From NCBI GenBank assembly GCA_051294375.1, contig CM119266.1, positions 12,067,180 to 12,131,179 of the forward strand: a stretch of 64,000 nt of DNA. The letters are read 5' to 3'. Each line of letters begins with the position of its first letter. Position 1 is the stretch's first letter. Shown one piece after another: positions 50,515 through 64,000 of this stretch. Source of the stretch: Paraspadella gotoi. Its lineage: Eukaryota; Animalia; Chaetognatha. Both the position numbers and the translations under genes were made by a program. The notes below the pieces were generated by a model that saw only the letters and a program-made list of their open reading frames with translations, had not been told where the DNA came from and searched no databases.

Positions 50515-51065
50515 AGAGAAGAGAATGAAGAGAAGAGAAGAGAAGAGAAGAGAAGAGAAGAGAAGAGAAGAGAAGAGAAGAGAAGAGAAGAGAAGAGAAT
50601 AGAATAGAATAGAATAAAATAGAATAGAATAGAATATAATAAAATAGAATAGAATAGAATAGAATAGAATAGAATAGAATAGAATAGAATAGAATAGAAT
50701 AGAATAGAATAGAAGAGAAAAGAAAATAAGGGAAGAAGAGAAAATAAACTATATAGAAAGAAAATAAAGAAAAGAAATAAGAAAAGAGAAGAAAAGAAAA
50801 AAAGAAAAAAAGAAAAAAAGAAAAGAAAAGAAAAGAAAAGAAAAGAAAAGAAAAGAAAAGAAAAGAAAAGAAATCAAAAAAGAAAAAAGAAAAAAGAAAA
50901 AAGAAAAAGAAAAAAGAAAAAAGAAAAAAAGAAAAAAAGAAAAAAAGAAAAAAAGAAAAAAAAGAAAGAAAAGAAAAGAAAAGAAAAGAAAAGAAAAGAA
51001 AGAAAAGAAATCAAAATCAAAGAAAAGAAATCAAAGGAGAAGAAAAGAAAAGAAAAGAAAAGAAA
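50515..51065. repeat. Compound pentanucleotide microsatellite (AGAAG)n-(AGAAT)n-(AAAAG)n
   Basis: Directly visible ~550-bp purine-rich tract. Confidence 0.95.
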
Positions 51066-52376
51066 CGGATAAATTTCTAGGAAATGATGAAATCCACGTA
51101 ATATAATTCCCCGACGCCGAGCGGACGATCGATTCTGATCTCCATTAGGGAAGTCGGCGGGTAACGGATTTTCCCCGAGTTTTTCATCCAGGAATTTCTA
51201 ATTTATCATCGGGAAAAAAAAATCACTGATGGCTCCGCCGAATCTCGTTTGTTACGTTTTATATATATTTGCTTTTATAGGGGTTATTTTTTTGATCGAG
51301 TACGATTTTAAATCAAAAGTACGAGTTCAAAAGCTAAATATTTAAATCGTTCCCGTAATTTTTTTCTCACTAGACGGAGAGAGAATAATATTTCTGACAT
51401 TACTAAGCGATAAATTTTTATTGAGCTCCAATTTTAAATCTCATTTAAATGGATTTTAATATTCCGTAACTTTGCCCGCGTGCCAAACTTTTTTTCCTTC
51501 CTTCATAAAAAAATTTTTGAACATCGACGAATCGCTCCATGTTTTTCACGAGAAAAAAAAAACTCATTATCTCGTAAAGTGATACTGCGAATCGAGAATA
51601 CTTGTCAGTTTGAATTTATTACTAAGTTACTTTGGAGTTTCGATGAATTCTCATCGGCATAATTAGAAGGAGGTACTCATTAGAGATTTAAAAAAAAAAG
51701 CTGAAAGAATTTAGAAACTGCGTCTCTTCCGAAACATTTCGGAAAACTAGCTTTTTTACGTCTGGCCAACTAAGCGGTTTTATCAATGGCTTTCAATCAA
51801 TGACATTGAAAAGACTTTTTCGTCATAGATATCATAAATAAATTATGGTTTAGAAAATAGTAAGCAGATAAATCATTTTACACGATAATTCAATTGGAAT
51901 AAAGCAGCTTTACTATAGTATATACCAAACCGAAGTCTACCCGGTTACCTTTTGTTTCTTTCTTCGAACCATGCAAGAAAGCCAGTTGCTCGAATCTCCC
52001 GCTAGTCGAAATAAAGGCAGCAGCGTCGCTCCCACAGTCGAAGATCGTTGGTCGATGCATAAACATAATCGCGAGACATTTTGTGTCGAGCCTCTCCGCG
52101 TTCCTTCCTCCGATTCCGCGCATTTTTAACGTCTTAAACCGCCGCTCCTCGCCCCAAAGGACGCTCAATTATCGCTTTAAATTTCCCAGTACCACTAAGA
52201 ATTATTTTCAACTGGATATTCTTAAAATTTTCTTTAAAAATCCCGATTTTTCTCTAGCCTCCGTCTGTGTCTATCTGTCTCTCTCTTCCTCCCTCTCTCT
52301 CTCGCTCTCTCGGCTTCCCTTTTTCCCTCGCTCTCGCTCTCTCACTCCGACCAAAGACTGTGTGCATCGATTCTCG

Positions 52377-52451
<75 letters not shown>

Positions 52452-52735
52452 TCTCTGCTCTCGTGCTCCCTTGGATAAAAATATTACATCGTGTCGTCAG
52501 CTGGTTATTTCTATTCCTTTCCTCTTTTCTGCTTCCAAAAAAAAATTTTCGAATTTCCCCGCGCGAGTAAATTATATTTCGTCTCAATGAATAAAAACGG
52601 AAATTTGATTTTGACGCGAATTATTTTTTTTTATTTATTATTTTATTTTATTTTATTTTATTAATTCTTTTTAAAAATCTACTCTCTATTAACAATCGTG
52701 GAAGAAAGTGAATTGGATGTAATCCAGGATTGAGT

Positions 52736-52766
<31 letters not shown>

Positions 52767-52768
52767 CA

Positions 52769-52869
<101 letters not shown>

Positions 52870-53474
52870 GTCGTCGCTTCCGATCTCCTTAATCACCGAC
52901 GAAGAACCAAAGTCTTTTGCAAATCGCTACTTTTAATTTTAATTAGATTTTGACATAAAATCAATATAATAGTATATATGCCTTGCAATGATTATTAACG
53001 ATATCTGTTTTAAAATTATTTTTATTGAAATATATTTTCGTCCGAAATTTTTTTTTCGCAATTCAAGGAATCAAGGATAATAACAAAACTTCGCGTATGT
53101 TCAAACCGCGCAATAATATAAACTTTTTCGTTAAACGTAACCTTTACGATTTATTTATTTTGTGTGACTCTGACCGCAACAATTTCTCTTTCAACTTCGG
53201 AAAAAAAAAAGAAGACTCAAAAAAGAAAAAAAGAAAACGGGAAACTTCGTCCTTCGTCAAACGTGAGTACTTTTTTAAAAAAATGTTTTTCAAACTAATG
53301 CATTTCAAAGAATTCCTATAAAATGATTTCGTGTAATTTAACCGAGCGAGTTTGATTTGGGAAAAGGGAAGGCGAGACTTAAATTACCAGAAAATTGAAA
53401 ACAATCGTAGTCTTTCGCTCTCTCTCTCTCTCTCCCGCTTGTTTCGTTAATCGAAGTAGTTAAATAACAATACC

Positions 53475-53507
<33 letters not shown>

Positions 53508-53897
53508 TGGAGTGAGAAGCGGAGTATAATAGGAATGAGATGACATAAGCGTTTGATGATCCATCTTAATTGATATTTTCTACTCAGATGTAATTCGATT
53601 CCTTTACCATTAAACCGGTTTACGATTTAATCGGTTCATTACAAAATTTAACGTTTATTCTCTGCTTTTCGCCGTTCTCACGTTAAGTTGGTAAATATTA
53701 AACAAGTGGGAGAGTTTGCTTTGAAGACGTCTAAGTTATTTCTTACAAGTTGTACTCGCTCTCTCTCTCTTCTTTCCTTTTTCTTCCCTGGGAGAGAATC
53801 GAGTCGCTAATCAAAATCAAATAGCGTCTCTTGTGTTCTAGTGAGTCACGGTCGCCTGATCTCTCTGTGTTTGTGTGAGAAGAGAGAGAGAGGAGAG

Positions 53898-53971
<74 letters not shown>

Positions 53972-54250
53972 AAAGAAAAAAGAAATTGTTTTCCGCTTGA
54001 TCTATCTGTGATCAATATCGATCTGTCCATCGCATTCCTCTCTTTCACATCCGGGTATTTTTTCAATAGTTGCGTTGATTTTTTCCCTCGTTCTCTTGGC
54101 GCTTGATTTTCCTTCTGGCGAGACATTTTGGCGCGATTAATTTTGCCCCATGAGTTCTTTCTTTTTTTGTTTACCATTTTTATTCTTTTTCTTTTGCTCA
54201 GTTTCCCCTGGCCCTACTTTCACGCCCTGAGGCATCGAGCGGTTCGACGA

Positions 54251-54340
<90 letters not shown>

Positions 54341-56321
54341 TTATTTCTGTGTTGGTTCAACGTCCTTTCTTTTTGTTAGACAACTTTTTTTTTCCCCTTC
54401 GATGTATGAACTATTTTTTTTTTTCAACGCACTGCCCGATTTTTTTTCTTATTTCTGTTTTTCCACTTACTCTTCATCCATTCTGTTTTTTCCCCCCTTT
54501 CATGCCACACTCCCTAACTATCGTTAATCTTTACACTAACTTCTCTTCTCGCTTCTTCCTCTCCTCTTTCCCTCCTCTTCATCACGCCCCGACCCCCGAC
54601 CCCCCGACCCCCCGACCCCCTCTTTCCCACTTCCAACTCGCTCGCCCGCGTTGATGACTCATCATTCCGGTCAAACTTTGATTAAATTAAACGACACTCG
54701 ATTTTTTTTTCTGTCTCTTTTAACTTCCTTTTTCTTTTTTTTTTAAACCATTTTTTTCCGCCTTTGGTTACCAGAAAAATGTTTACCATCGCAGAACGTT
54801 TCATTCGAAGAATTTCCCAGCTGCCGTGATGGGTTTTTTTAAAGTTTTTTTTGTCGACAACATTCTCGTTTTCTCCACCCCTCCTTCCGACTTTTTTTTT
54901 TTTTTTGCTTAACCACTTCGAACCCGCGGTCAGCCCCTTTTTAAGGCTCTGTTCCTTGTCCGTTTTGACAAATGTACGGAGAAACGTACGGATTGTTTGG
55001 AGACGGATACTGTGACGGAGAGCAGAGTCATTTGGTTCGAGTTAATTGGTCCCTTGCGACATTGACATTGATTAAACAATGAGAAAAAAAAAACAAACAA
55101 CAAAACAATCAAACTAAACTGAACTTAAAAAAAATCCTTCAATTACATTGATCTCTTTGAGTCACCCTCGCGCTCCACGCCCACCCTCTCCCACACATTC
55201 CAAGATCGGGCGACGACGGACGGTGTTAAACGGAGACGTCGATGTCAGAGTTGCGGGCGACGCGAAGACGGGAAGTTGGGGGTGGGTGTGGGGGAAGATG
55301 GGGGTTGAAGATTAGGGGGGAAGGGCGTCGCATGGTTATGTGATGATACGGATGAATCGAGATGGTGAAGACGGGACGCGATCGACCCATAAATATTCGA
55401 GAAGGTTGTGAGTCGCCGCGAAAATTGGCGCCGGTACGAGAGAGACATAGATCGAAGCCCGTGACTAATATGTATAGAATTTGATGGTGGGACGCGGTGG
55501 ATGGTAATGTAGTACAAATATGTAATAGTCAAATGCTGTGTATTTTGCGAAATTAATTGTCTTACTAAATTAGATTGAATTTAAAAAAAAAATATTTAAA
55601 TTTAAATTTTAAATAAATATTAAATATAATTATTATTTTCATATATTTTAATAATAATACGTAAAATAGGGAGAAGGATGTTAGTGTTGCTTTCTAAAAA
55701 TAATGTACAATAATATATAAGATTATTTAGTAATTAATTCGCGGCTAAAATTGATACGCTAAAATCTTCTCTACTTATTTTTACTAGATGAAAGAAGCGA
55801 CAAATTAAGTTAACTCAAGAAGCTTCATATTTAAATTTATAAAGGTTTATGAGAATATAAATAATATTGTCAAACTCAATCCTAAGGCCGGTCGTAAACT
55901 ACCATTCAAACGATTTCGATTGAATGAAATTCCAAAGTCGCGCGCGGAATTTTCAATTCGTCTACTCGGGCGGGACATTCGGAGATTTTTTCTTGGTTTC
56001 TCTTCCTCGAAAGGTGACTACGTAAATGTCGACGAAGGCAAATTACTCTCGTTTGCGTCTGACTTACTTTTTGTGCAAATGACGAGAGTCGTTGCTCTAT
56101 TTACTTCGAATCGGAACGATGCGCGTATTTCTCGGTCCCGAGTCAAAATTTTATTCTGGAGTTTGAGAAAATTTGCATGAATTGAATGTACATTTTCGTG
56201 TTGTTCAGATTGTTGTGAATTACATTGCATATTACATATCTTGCCGCAATCAGTCTCCGCGCCAAATTTAACTCTCTGTCTCTCTCTCATCTCATTTCTC
56301 TCTTTCTCTCTCTCTCTCTCT

Positions 56322-56685
56322 NNNNNNNNNNNNNNNNNNNNNNNNNNNNNNNNNNNNNNNNNNNNNNNNNNNNNNNNNNNNNNNNNNNNNNNNNNNNNNN
56401 NNNNNNNNNNNNNNNNNNNNNNNNNNNNNNNNNNNNNNNNNNNNNNNNNNNNNNNNNNNNNNNNNNNNNNNNNNNNNNNNNNNNNNNNNNNNNNNNNNNN
56501 NNNNNNNNNNNNNNNNNNNNNNNNNNNNNNNNNNNNNNNNNNNNNNNNNNNNNNNNNNNNNNNNNNNNNNNNNNNNNNNNNNNNNNNNNNNNNNNNNNNN
56601 NNNNNNNNNNNNNNNNNNNNNNNNNNNNNNNNNNNNNNNNNNNNNNNNNNNNNNNNNNNNNNNNNNNNNNNNNNNNNNNNNNNNN
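56322..56685. other. Assembly gap (N run)
   Basis: N bases flanked by (CT)n. Confidence 0.99.
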
Positions 56686-56743
56686 CTGATCTCCCTCTCT
56701 CTCCTCTCTCTCCTCCTCTCCTCTCTGCTCTCGTCTCATCTCT

Positions 56744-56774
<31 letters not shown>

Positions 56775-57867
56775 GGTCCTTACTCCCGCGTTTCCACTTC
56801 TTCGCTGATCGAGGTCGACTGCGCTCGATTTCATAATGCCGTCGTCTCACTGCCCATCTCATTGCCATCTCCAGCGCTGGCGTTGCCGTCTCACCGATAA
56901 GGGATCTGGATCGACGGAATGGAGAGAGAGAGGAGAGAGGAGAGAGAGAGTCCGAAAGTGGCGGGATGAATCGAAGAGTAAGACGACGGCGAACAGTCTG
57001 CGGAGAGAAGGGCAGCGCGATGGAGGGGCGGGCTAAAGAGTGGTGGAGGGGGTTGAGGTGGTTCAAGTGGTGGTGGTGAATGGAGGGGCGGGCAAAGAGT
57101 GGTGGAGGGGTTGAGGTGGTTCAAGTGGTGGTGGGAATCGGACAAAGGGTGGTTTGAAGTGGGAAGGAAGGGATTAACCGCTTATCGCGAAGATAACGAG
57201 ACTGTACGGCGAAGACGGTTTCGAGCGAATCTCGGCATTGAGGGAGTACATATTCTTTATTGACGTTGACGTCGGAAGCGAAAGTCATAAACAGGTGGGC
57301 GGAGGTTAACAGTGGAAAGACTATACCGATAAATAAATCAGGGACTAAATAAATACATAAAGTGGTCAAAGAAGTTAAAACGCACTCGCATAAAACGGAA
57401 TTGGATTTATGTATGTAAATGATTAAAATAAATTTATTTACTTTAAAGTCTAGTGTTTTTGTCTAAAATTTTTTTTTATCTTTTATTCCTAATGTCTCGT
57501 AATGTAATGTAATGGCTCGTTTTCCTTCATTACTAATTAGCTAATTACTTTTTTCAGTTCGTCTATTGTTTATTTACAATTTACGCGCTCCCGCGAAAAT
57601 CCTGGCCTCGTCCTTCTTCCCCTAAGTCTTTCGGGGAAAAGCGGGCGAAAGTCCCCAGCTCGATCCGAAGGGTCGGAAAGAGGGGAAGGGGGAAGGGGTG
57701 GGAGGTGGGCTGGGATAGGGGTTGCGGAACATCCGGGTCGCGTCTGGTGAAAATTCGGTGATAAAATCCGAAATAAAAAAAAAATGGAGAAGAATTGAAG
57801 GATTCCGAGTTCGATGATGATAATCGAAAAACCAATTATGATAATTATGAGTTTGGTTACGGAAGGA

Positions 57868-57908
<41 letters not shown>

Positions 57909-58142
57909 ATGGTTTTACACGACTTTTCAGCCCCGAAAATCGAAAGAGTTTGTTCTAGAAATTAAGCCTGGAACTAATTAAGCGGACGGTTTCGGTCCAG
58001 GGGGCGGAAGGAGGGGGAAGGGGAGTTAAGGAGGGCAGGGGGCCGACTTGGGGTGTTGAAGGGAGTGAAGGTGCGTGGATGGAGAACGGAAGGGATTTGG
58101 GTGAACTTTGGCGGATGTGACTTGGGACAGAATCGGAGTCGT

Positions 58143-58541
58143 NNNNNNNNNNNNNNNNNNNNNNNNNNNNNNNNNNNNNNNNNNNNNNNNNNNNNNNNNN
58201 NNNNNNNNNNNNNNNNNNNNNNNNNNNNNNNNNNNNNNNNNNNNNNNNNNNNNNNNNNNNNNNNNNNNNNNNNNNNNNNNNNNNNNNNNNNNNNNNNNNN
58301 NNNNNNNNNNNNNNNNNNNNNNNNNNNNNNNNNNNNNNNNNNNNNNNNNNNNNNNNNNNNNNNNNNNNNNNNNNNNNNNNNNNNNNNNNNNNNNNNNNNN
58401 NNNNNNNNNNNNNNNNNNNNNNNNNNNNNNNNNNNNNNNNNNNNNNNNNNNNNNNNNNNNNNNNNNNNNNNNNNNNNNNNNNNNNNNNNNNNNNNNNNNN
58501 NNNNNNNNNNNNNNNNNNNNNNNNNNNNNNNNNNNNNNNNN
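58143..58541. other. Assembly gap (N run)
   Basis: N bases followed by (AG)n. Confidence 0.99.
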
Positions 58542-59934
58542 AGAGAGAGAGAGAGAGAGAGAATAGAGTAAAGAAAAAGGAAAATTTCGCCGCTAATTTA
58601 AAAATTTTCATATACAAATTGAATTCTTTCATAGCCGAAGATCTACTGAGCTCATTAAGCAGCCCCATAGACTATTTCGGTTAACGGTTTTTAACCGATA
58701 CAATTTCTAAATTTTTAAAAGTATGACCGTTATAAATTTCACTTTATCGGATCGATTTTAAAAATGAAAACCTCTTTGCGCGATTAACATGAAACACCAT
58801 ACGATATGCGGCGAATTAAATTAATTTTCTCAAATAGAATCGGGGAAAAAGAATCCCGACTTCTCGATTTATTCATGAAACTCGATGAAATCAACAGCAT
58901 GCAAATTAGATTTTTGATAAGGATACTTTTTTAGAACTAATTCACCAATCACCACTATTTTAAACTTTTTAAATTCAAACAAACAAACAAACAGACAAAC
59001 AAACAAACAAAGCAAATGCTTTCTTCCTCGGCAGGAACACCGAACGATTAAAAACTGTATCGATGTTTTTTCTCCTTTTTTTCCCATCCTCTTCCTCTCA
59101 TCTTCCTCCCCCACGCCCCCTACACCCTCACCGGCACGTTTTCCTCGCCGCCGTTTGATTTCACGCTCGACCCTCTTCACTGTTCACAATTCACTGTTCA
59201 CTATTCACTCCTCTCACTCCCACTCGCGGCAGCCGAGACTCCCGGCCGCTTTTGTCCGACGATAACATCGCCAAGATTTTCTGCGTGCTCAGTACCCGAG
59301 GAGAGGGTTCGGGAAGAGAGTGGGGGAAGGAGAGAGAGAGAGAGAGAGAGAGAGTGAGAGAGAGAGAGAGAGAGAATCTTCTAGTAAATAACGTAATCAA
59401 AAGAAGAGGCAGGAAGACAGACGCACAGACAGAGAGCGTTTTTAGATTTCCTTCATTCTTTTTCGCGAGCGGTGGTTAAGATTGTCTGGCGAGAGAGAAT
59501 CTCGAGGAATTCTTTCCAACTTTGATGAAATGAAAGGAATTGATCCGTTTGGTGCAGCGAAGCGATGGAGAGAAGGAGGCGGAGTTGAACGGGAGTGGTC
59601 GAGAGTGTCGAGAAGTTTAGGAATAGTGAGAAGGAGTGAAAGAGTGATAAAATTGATAAGTAGGGACAGTTAGAAGCTCCAAAAAATTTAAAAATGAAGA
59701 TAGAAGGAAAGAAAGAAAATATATAGAAATAAACATATATATTCCGCCTTCCACTCCGTCTTTTGTTTGATAATGAAGATGGCGCAATAAAAGCGGACAC
59801 ATCGTTTATTCATTTACTTGCGGCTAGGAGGCGCGCTGTTTTAGGCATCGTTCAGAAATGTCTCGTTTTTAGAATTTAAACTTCATTTTTTAAGAACTTT
59901 ACTTGGACGACTGCACTGATTCTAACGCTTACGC

Positions 59935-59990
<56 letters not shown>

Positions 59991-60156
59991 ACGTTTACGA
60001 GGTGTTTTCTTTTCTCAACCTCGAGGCTTCGAACGTTTTTTTTTCTCGACGAATCGAAGGGAAATCATTAAAAGTTTTTCTTCGAAATTCTCGATCGAGA
60101 ACAGTTTTTTTTGTCTTTTCAAAATTCTTTTAGTACAAAACAATGGGGTTTGGTGA

Positions 60157-60248
<92 letters not shown>

Positions 60249-61383
60249 GAGTATTTGATCGTCGTCATTGAGTCGTTTCGAGTCATTTTCATTTTCTGAA
60301 CTGAAGGCCGATTATGATTATCCAGCAGTGGGAAGACGTTTCCAAAGGATTCCCCGCCCCCTCGGGGAATCCCCTCTGGCCAGTTACAAACCGGTTTCTC
60401 TGTATTTGAGGTTCTGTTCGTCATGAAATGAAAACCGATCGGAATTTGTCCTTGTTAATTAAAACGGTCATTGTCGCTGAGAACTTTATTGCTATCGCTG
60501 CTTAGAGAAAAGCGGTTGCCTTGCGTATTACCAAGTCTTTAAGGGCGATATTTTTAAATGCAGCTAACTATGGGGGATTAAAAACATAAGATAAGATAAA
60601 GTTCGAATGTTATAACTCAATATGTAGTATACTCTAGGTACGTATATTCTTATATGTCGTTCTTTTCCCTTCCTCAGATTTGTAGCAAAGAGAGGATAAT
60701 ATTTTTTTTAATAATGGTCGAAAAATATATTTACGAGTAAATTGTTAAGTTAGATAAACGTAATAATTCTTAATAATTTTTCTATAATTGGATATATTTT
60801 CCCAAATAAAATCAAAAGATGAAAAAGGCTAAAACCCAAAGTCGATCGCCTTTTGTTTCCTTTCATCGACGGAAAAAAAGTCTTTTGTTTATCCCGAGAT
60901 GGCGCTCCGTTTGTTTGGTCGAAAGAATCAACCGATGATTATGACAAATTGCGTTCCTCGTAAAGCTCGCTCTCGAAAACCGAAAGCTCCAAAAGGCAAT
61001 CCCAAATCGATTTGCCTTATTTTTATTTATTTACTTTTTATTTTATTTTTGCGGAAGTGAGGTTATATATTAAGTCAACTGCTCGAGAATAAGGAAATAA
61101 AATAAAACGATACAGTCGCATCTCATAAGTGGGGAAGAGGGGGGGCGTGGGCTCGCTTCTCTTTCTCCTCTTCCTCTTCCTCCTCAACTCCAACCGTCGA
61201 ACCCATAATCTGAGATGGATTTCGGTTATAGGAGGGAAAAAAAGTGTCTTTATCGAGAAACCACTTTTTATCTTCGCCGACAGAGAGAAGAGGCCGATTT
61301 TGGCGGGAAACGAATTCCGCCCCTCCAAAAAAACCAAATTTCAAATTTCTCTCTCTTCTCCCTGACATGGATGGCATAGAGTA

Positions 61384-61416
<33 letters not shown>

Positions 61417-62128
61417 ATTTTTCACTAACTTAAATCGCACCCAGTTCCAGTACTTAATCTCCTTTTTTTTCTCCTTTTCTTCTCTTGCTTCATTTCTCTT
61501 TTTGTACATTCTCTTCGCATTAACATTTCGCATTCCACACTCACACTTTTCCACATTCCCTCTGGCTCCTTCGTTTTTTTCCCAGATTCTTGGATTATTG
61601 TTTTTTTTTTGTGTGTGTGTCTCAGAGAGAGAGAGTGAGAGAGAGAAAGAGAGAGAGAGAGAGATGGTGATAATCGGAAGTGGGCTCCTTCAGTAAATGT
61701 TGGCAGTTGTCTTCGTGCGCATTAAGAGCAACGTGGTTGTCCGCTGTCGTTGAAGCTTTTCCAATCGGTTGGCGGTTGTGGTCAGGATGACGGGGGACAA
61801 GCCAAAGTGATCCATTTTGTCAAAGCGACTGCATTTCCGCCAGAAAGATCGATTTTGTTTTGTCGACCATTTTTCTTTTTCTGTGGATCCTTGTGGGCAA
61901 GAGCTCTTCGCATTGCGGTCAACGTCAAGATTCAAAAACATCACCTCCGAAGAATGAGATCCGTGATGTTCATTAGTTAAAATTGTTTGATTTCCTTGAT
62001 GATTGTTAATTGTTAATTGTTAATTGTGGTCATTGTGGTCGTAGCAACGATTTTATACACGGTAGTTTAAACCCGCAATAGCCATGGACCTATCGTGCAC
62101 AAACGACCGCGATCACTAAAAAAAAAAA

Positions 62129-62153
62129 NNNNNNNNNNNNNNNNNNNNNNNNN
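62129..62153. other. Assembly gap (N run)
   Basis: 25 N bases in an A-rich tract. Confidence 0.99.
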
Positions 62154-62468
62154 GAAAGAAAAAAAAAAGAAAAGAGAAAAGAAAAAAAGCAAGCGACCGC
62201 AGTTCCATCATATTATCGTCGCGCGCCGAAAGGAAAACGTTTCGTCGTACTAATTAAGGCAGTCGTCAGTTTCCTTCACTGCATTCCACTGTTTTCACTG
62301 TCTGTCTGTCTATCATTTTTATCGGTCAATTCATTTCTCTCTCTCTCTCTCTCTCTCTCTCTTTCAGTATCAGTCATCCTCTTATCATCTCCTCTCTCTC
62401 TCTCCCCCCTTCTTCCTCCGATCCTCTGACAGGCCTCCTTTGACCCAATGAAAAGACACGAGTATCGG

Positions 62469-63199
62469 CGCTCCATCGGCCTTCATGCTGCTTGTGCCTG
62501 CTCGTTGACCCAGTGACGCGGGCGAAGATTTCGATACTCCCCTTTTCGCTCATCACCCAAAACCGCGTTACCCCTTTCATCTCAACCCACCATCATCTCG
62601 CTCAACCGCCTCCATTCGTTTTCGTGTGAACCTACTTTACCTTCCTCCACTCAACCACTTGGCCCTCTTCCTTATCCTTCTTTTTCCTTTTCCCTTCTTT
62701 TTCCTTTTTCCTCCATTTCCTTTTTTTTTATCATTTAGATTTCTTTCTCTTCTTTGGCCAATTTTTCCCTCTTGATATATAATTCTGCGATGCTTCAAAA
62801 GAAGAAGTGGAGAATGAATAGCACAAAACTTACTTGGCAGCTTGAAAACTATTTGAACTACATAGTAAAGTTTGTTTGACAACAAATTAATCTGCAAACA
62901 TGATTAGGCGGCAAAAAAATATTTTTGACCATTCCTAGCTTTTAAATAATATTTAACCACATAGAAAACAATTCTTAGGTAATCTATCGATCGCATTGTG
63001 GAAATAAGATTTTCATAACTACCAAGTTTTCTAGCCATACTTAATTTGACTGGGTGGTTTTTATCTGGCGCCCTTCCTTCACCTCTGCTATAGACTTATT
63101 GCGTCGCACCCTGCCATCCATCTCTCCTCCCTGCCGTCTTTATTAACTCCCTTCCTCATCTCTCGCATTCCCGATGAAAAAACTACGAGCCTCTCTCTC

Positions 63200-63239
<40 letters not shown>

Positions 63240-63995
63240 GTCTCTCTCTCTCTCCTTACCTTCTCTCTCTCTCTCGCGCACCGCTTCGTCGCTTTTTTTC
63301 TCCTCAGGCTTATAATTTTTTTCCCCCTCGTTCTCTCTGCTCTATACAGTTTTTTTTCTATCTCGCAAAAATCGAAATTTTCAGTTTCTTGTTTATTTTT
63401 CGCGCTCCATCGCCTTCTGCTCTTGTGCCTGCTTCGTTGACCCAGTGACGCGGGCGAATTTCGATACTCCCCTTTCGCTCTCACCCAAACCGCTTACCCT
63501 TTCACTCACCCCCACCCTCATCTCCTCAACCGCCTCCTCGGTTTTCGTGTGACCTACTTTACCTTCCTCCACTCAACCACTTTGCCCTCTTCTTTTCCTT
63601 CTTTTTCCTTTTCCTTCTTTTCCTTTTCCTCCATTTCACCTTTTTTTTTATCAATTTAGATTTCTTTCTCTTCTTTGGCCAATTTTTCCTCTTGATATAT
63701 ATCTGCGATGCTTCAAAAGAAGAAGTGGAGAATGAATAGCACAAACTTACTTGGCAGCTTGAAAACTATTTGACTAACATATAAAGTTGTTTGACAACAA
63801 ATTAATCTGCAACAGATAGGCGGCAAAAGAAATATTTTTGACCATTCTAGCTTTTAAATATATTTAACACATAGAAAAATTCTAGTAATCTATCGATCGC
63901 ATTGTGGAAATAGATTTCATACTACCAATTTTCTACCATACTTAATTTGGAAGCTGGGTGGTTTTTATCTGGCGCCTTCCTTTCACCTCTGCTAT
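62469..63995. repeat. ~620-bp direct duplication (62469-~63092 and 63403-~63995)
   Basis: The two copies are collinear; the second differs mainly by single-base indels. Confidence 0.9.
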
Positions 63996-64000
63996 AGGAA

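Overview
This is eukaryotic (metazoan-type), intron-rich genomic DNA, dense in (AG)n/(GAC)n microsatellites, with three N gaps. Most ORFs in the supplied track are microsatellite artefacts. I reconstructed four spliced genes by hand. (1) A glutamate decarboxylase (GAD) on the minus strand, 12 exons over 7155->496; the last exon appears to lie outside the window and two introns have GC donors. (2) A two-coding-exon ~659-aa minus-strand gene (17253->14621) combining a helical domain resembling the N-terminus of Penelope-like retroelement proteins, a PAM2-like motif and an RGG tail, with no RT or endonuclease. (3) A four-exon plus-strand gene (30339-31346) for a 200-aa signal-peptide + ITM2-type BRICHOS protein, not called in the ORF track. 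(4) RUNDC3 on the minus strand (43120->~35761). An antisense tRNA cluster lies mostly in the RUNDC3 introns: 8 tRNA-Thr (AGT/CGT/TGT on one shared body), 6 tRNA-Gly(GCC) and one 5'-deleted Gly pseudogene. All six tRNA-Gly carry an 11-20 nt intron at 37/38 with a conserved anticodon-pairing segment. The intron-containing tRNA-Gly family and the putative domesticated retroelement gene are the most unusual observations. I found no supportable gene in ~43.2-64 kb.
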